NCBI GenBank assembly: GCA_964234715.1
Contig: OZ174277.1
Length of the DNA: 64,000 nt
Direction: 5' to 3' (one strand)
Source of the DNA: Podarcis melisellensis
Taxonomy: Eukaryota
The notes under the pieces are model-generated. The model saw only the letters and a list, made by a program, of their open reading frames with translations. It was not told the DNA's origin and searched no databases. Made by a program: the position numbers and the translations under genes. Positions 61,716-64,000 of the stretch are shown in pieces. Each line of letters opens with the position of its first letter. Position 1 is the stretch's first letter.

Positions 61716-64000
61716 CTCTGAGTGTGAGGATGAAAGAGAGTTTTGTTCAGTCTATATTTGTATGCAAATCAACCTAATTCATCACTCTAATGTGGGGATC
61801 AGAATATAATTATCCTTCAGATTTTGCACTCCGCTGAATTTTGCAAAACAGTTGTAAGCTCAGAAAAATTATCAAATATCGCTTTTAAAACAACAACTGC
61901 TATATTTAGGATAAGTTAATTTAGAAATGTGTACATTGTGACAAAATATTAATTTCCATAATCTTTAAAAACTGAAAATCCACAGTTTACTGTGGAAAGA
62001 ACAGTGGCAAAGCTGACGCCGATCCATCCATCTCTGCTTGGACCTTGAGGCAAGTGTTGACACAACAAAACAGTGTCACTGAGGAATTGAATGTAGTAGT
62101 ACAAAGTGTATGCCCTTTTAAAATTTGGGGGGTTTTTTGGGGAGTTATTGGGTTGTTTTTATTTTGATTATATATTTTGCAATTTTATATTTTGATTTTG
62201 TTTTGATACTGGGTATAGGGCGGTATATAAATTGAATTATTATTATTATTATTAACAACCACAGCCTTCATCACACTCTTGCACTGAAATCCTATTGCTG
62301 TTTTCCCACTGAGCTCAATAGGACTTATTGCATAAATAATTGTGCTTAAGACACTAGTCATATTCTGCACTGCCTTTTCTTTTTTTAACAGTTGAGCAGA
62401 TATGTTGTACCACAATTCTTGATGCTATTAAATTCTGGGTCCTGTTTTTCAACATAGGTGTGCCCCTGCCCCCACTGAAATTAAGGTTGAAAGAATAATT
62501 CTGTTGTAGCCAATGGAATAGTTTGTAGTATGTGTTTGGCCTTGGGGTGTGCGTGGTGCCCAATACAGTTTCTCCACTTTGCAGGTGTGCCCACAGACCC
62601 CAAAATGTTGGCCATCCCAAGTATGATGCTATCTAAATAAAACTCCTATTTATCTATCTTGGCTTATTCAAATATGTTGTCGTCTAGGCTATCATGTTAA
62701 ATGATAGTCTGGCTTATCTACTAACTAGTTTTATGAGGTGTTCTTCAGATGCTCTTCCAGTGGAGCAGAAGCCACTTATCCATGAACTGCTCCCCATATG
62801 GCAGCTGGGAAACCATCTGAAGAGCATCTCGGAGGACCCACATTTAAATTAGTTTAATCTTGTTGAAGTAACTGAAGTGATACCATCAGAAATCTAATGA
62901 TTCTATCTTCACAGTGTGATGAACTCGACTAATAGGGATGAGATTGTGCTGACTAATGTTCACTACCCCACTCCAAATCACACCAATTATGTTCACATGC
63001 TACTTTATTTTTCAAAAATAAGGCAACAGCTTTTGGGTGAGCACGTCATACCATCAGTGTCAAAAGGAAATGTGATAGTGCCTAGGAGCAAGGCATGCAG
63101 TCCTTTATGAAGCTCAGTCCCTGGCATCATGCCAATCGGAGTCTTGCCAGATGTGGGATTGAAAGGGACCCTGAAGGCCTAGCATATTGGGAAAATTCAA
63201 ATACAGTTCCTTGGCAGTCTTTTCTTTGGCATGGCTGGAATGCACACTGGTTAATGGCGATGTCATGAAGTGCTTTTGGCAAGGGCAGTAGGGCTGAGTC
63301 CTTCTGATGTCTAGCTCACCAGATTGCAGAAGGCCGATGTTTTGGCAAGCTCTAGTTTCATCTTTCATCCCTTTTCCATGAGTGCAGCACTGAGAATGAG
63401 CTGCCAGTGTGTGTCGATTGTGTCTCTCTTGGTTTTGATACTTCCTGCACTTCTAATATTGAAGTATGATACTAGCAGCCCTGTGCATATACACTGAGGA
63501 TGATAAAGATATCACTCATGCTCCGAAATGCCAGGCTACTGTCTGCGCTCTTGCACTTAAATTTTTCAGATTCACCTAGAACAACTGACATGAGTGACAG
63601 GTCTACTTGATCATGGAGTGTACTGTGCTTCTCTGCTGGGAAAAGGGTGACTCAGGCCCCCTCACCCGGGAAATGGAAATAGTTGCTAGAAAAGGCTTGG
63701 ACTCTATCTCTTGTTATGTTTTCACTGGGCCAGGAGACAAGTTCACTTACCTCCCCATTTTCAATCTGTTTAATAAGTAGCAGTGCTGGTAAATTTCTAA
63801 CTGGGAAAGCTTGGAAATACTCTCCACACTACCACCAGTTTAGAAAACACAACCAAATTATATATCGGGCTGTCTCCTTTGTGTTTTGGAACCAGACTGC
63901 AAATACACTCCTTCAGCAAAGTGACCCATGTAAAGATAGGAGGAACCAGCTGTGGGGAAAACTGTCTCCGGACAGTTTTCCTAATTCCTTGCTCTGCCTT

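Overview
Vertebrate non-coding DNA, most likely from a squamate (lizard, probably lacertid), judged from Sauria SINEs with (ACCTTT)n tails, BovB, L1, L2, CR1 and Penelope repeats. No host protein-coding gene could be reliably identified; the window looks intronic or intergenic. The recognisable ORFs are all retroelement fragments: BovB RT (434 aa, uninterrupted), L1 ORF2 C-termini, L2 3' ends and an RTE 3' end. There are many hAT-like and Tc1/Tigger-like MITEs, one solo LTR, several nested insertions with readable TSDs, and a 173-nt assembly gap. The most interesting signal is a TSD-flanked Penelope-derived insert (3055-3369) carrying two tandem minimal type-I hammerhead ribozyme motifs 191 nt apart, a retrozyme-like, dimer-competent arrangement. 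Other signals: a 43-bp SINE-derived hairpin, a dense GATA/E-box cluster, a CpG-retaining CRE/homeobox element, a MITE-borne CTCF-like motif, and template-switch scars at retroelement 5' junctions. Family names come from pattern recognition, not database searches.
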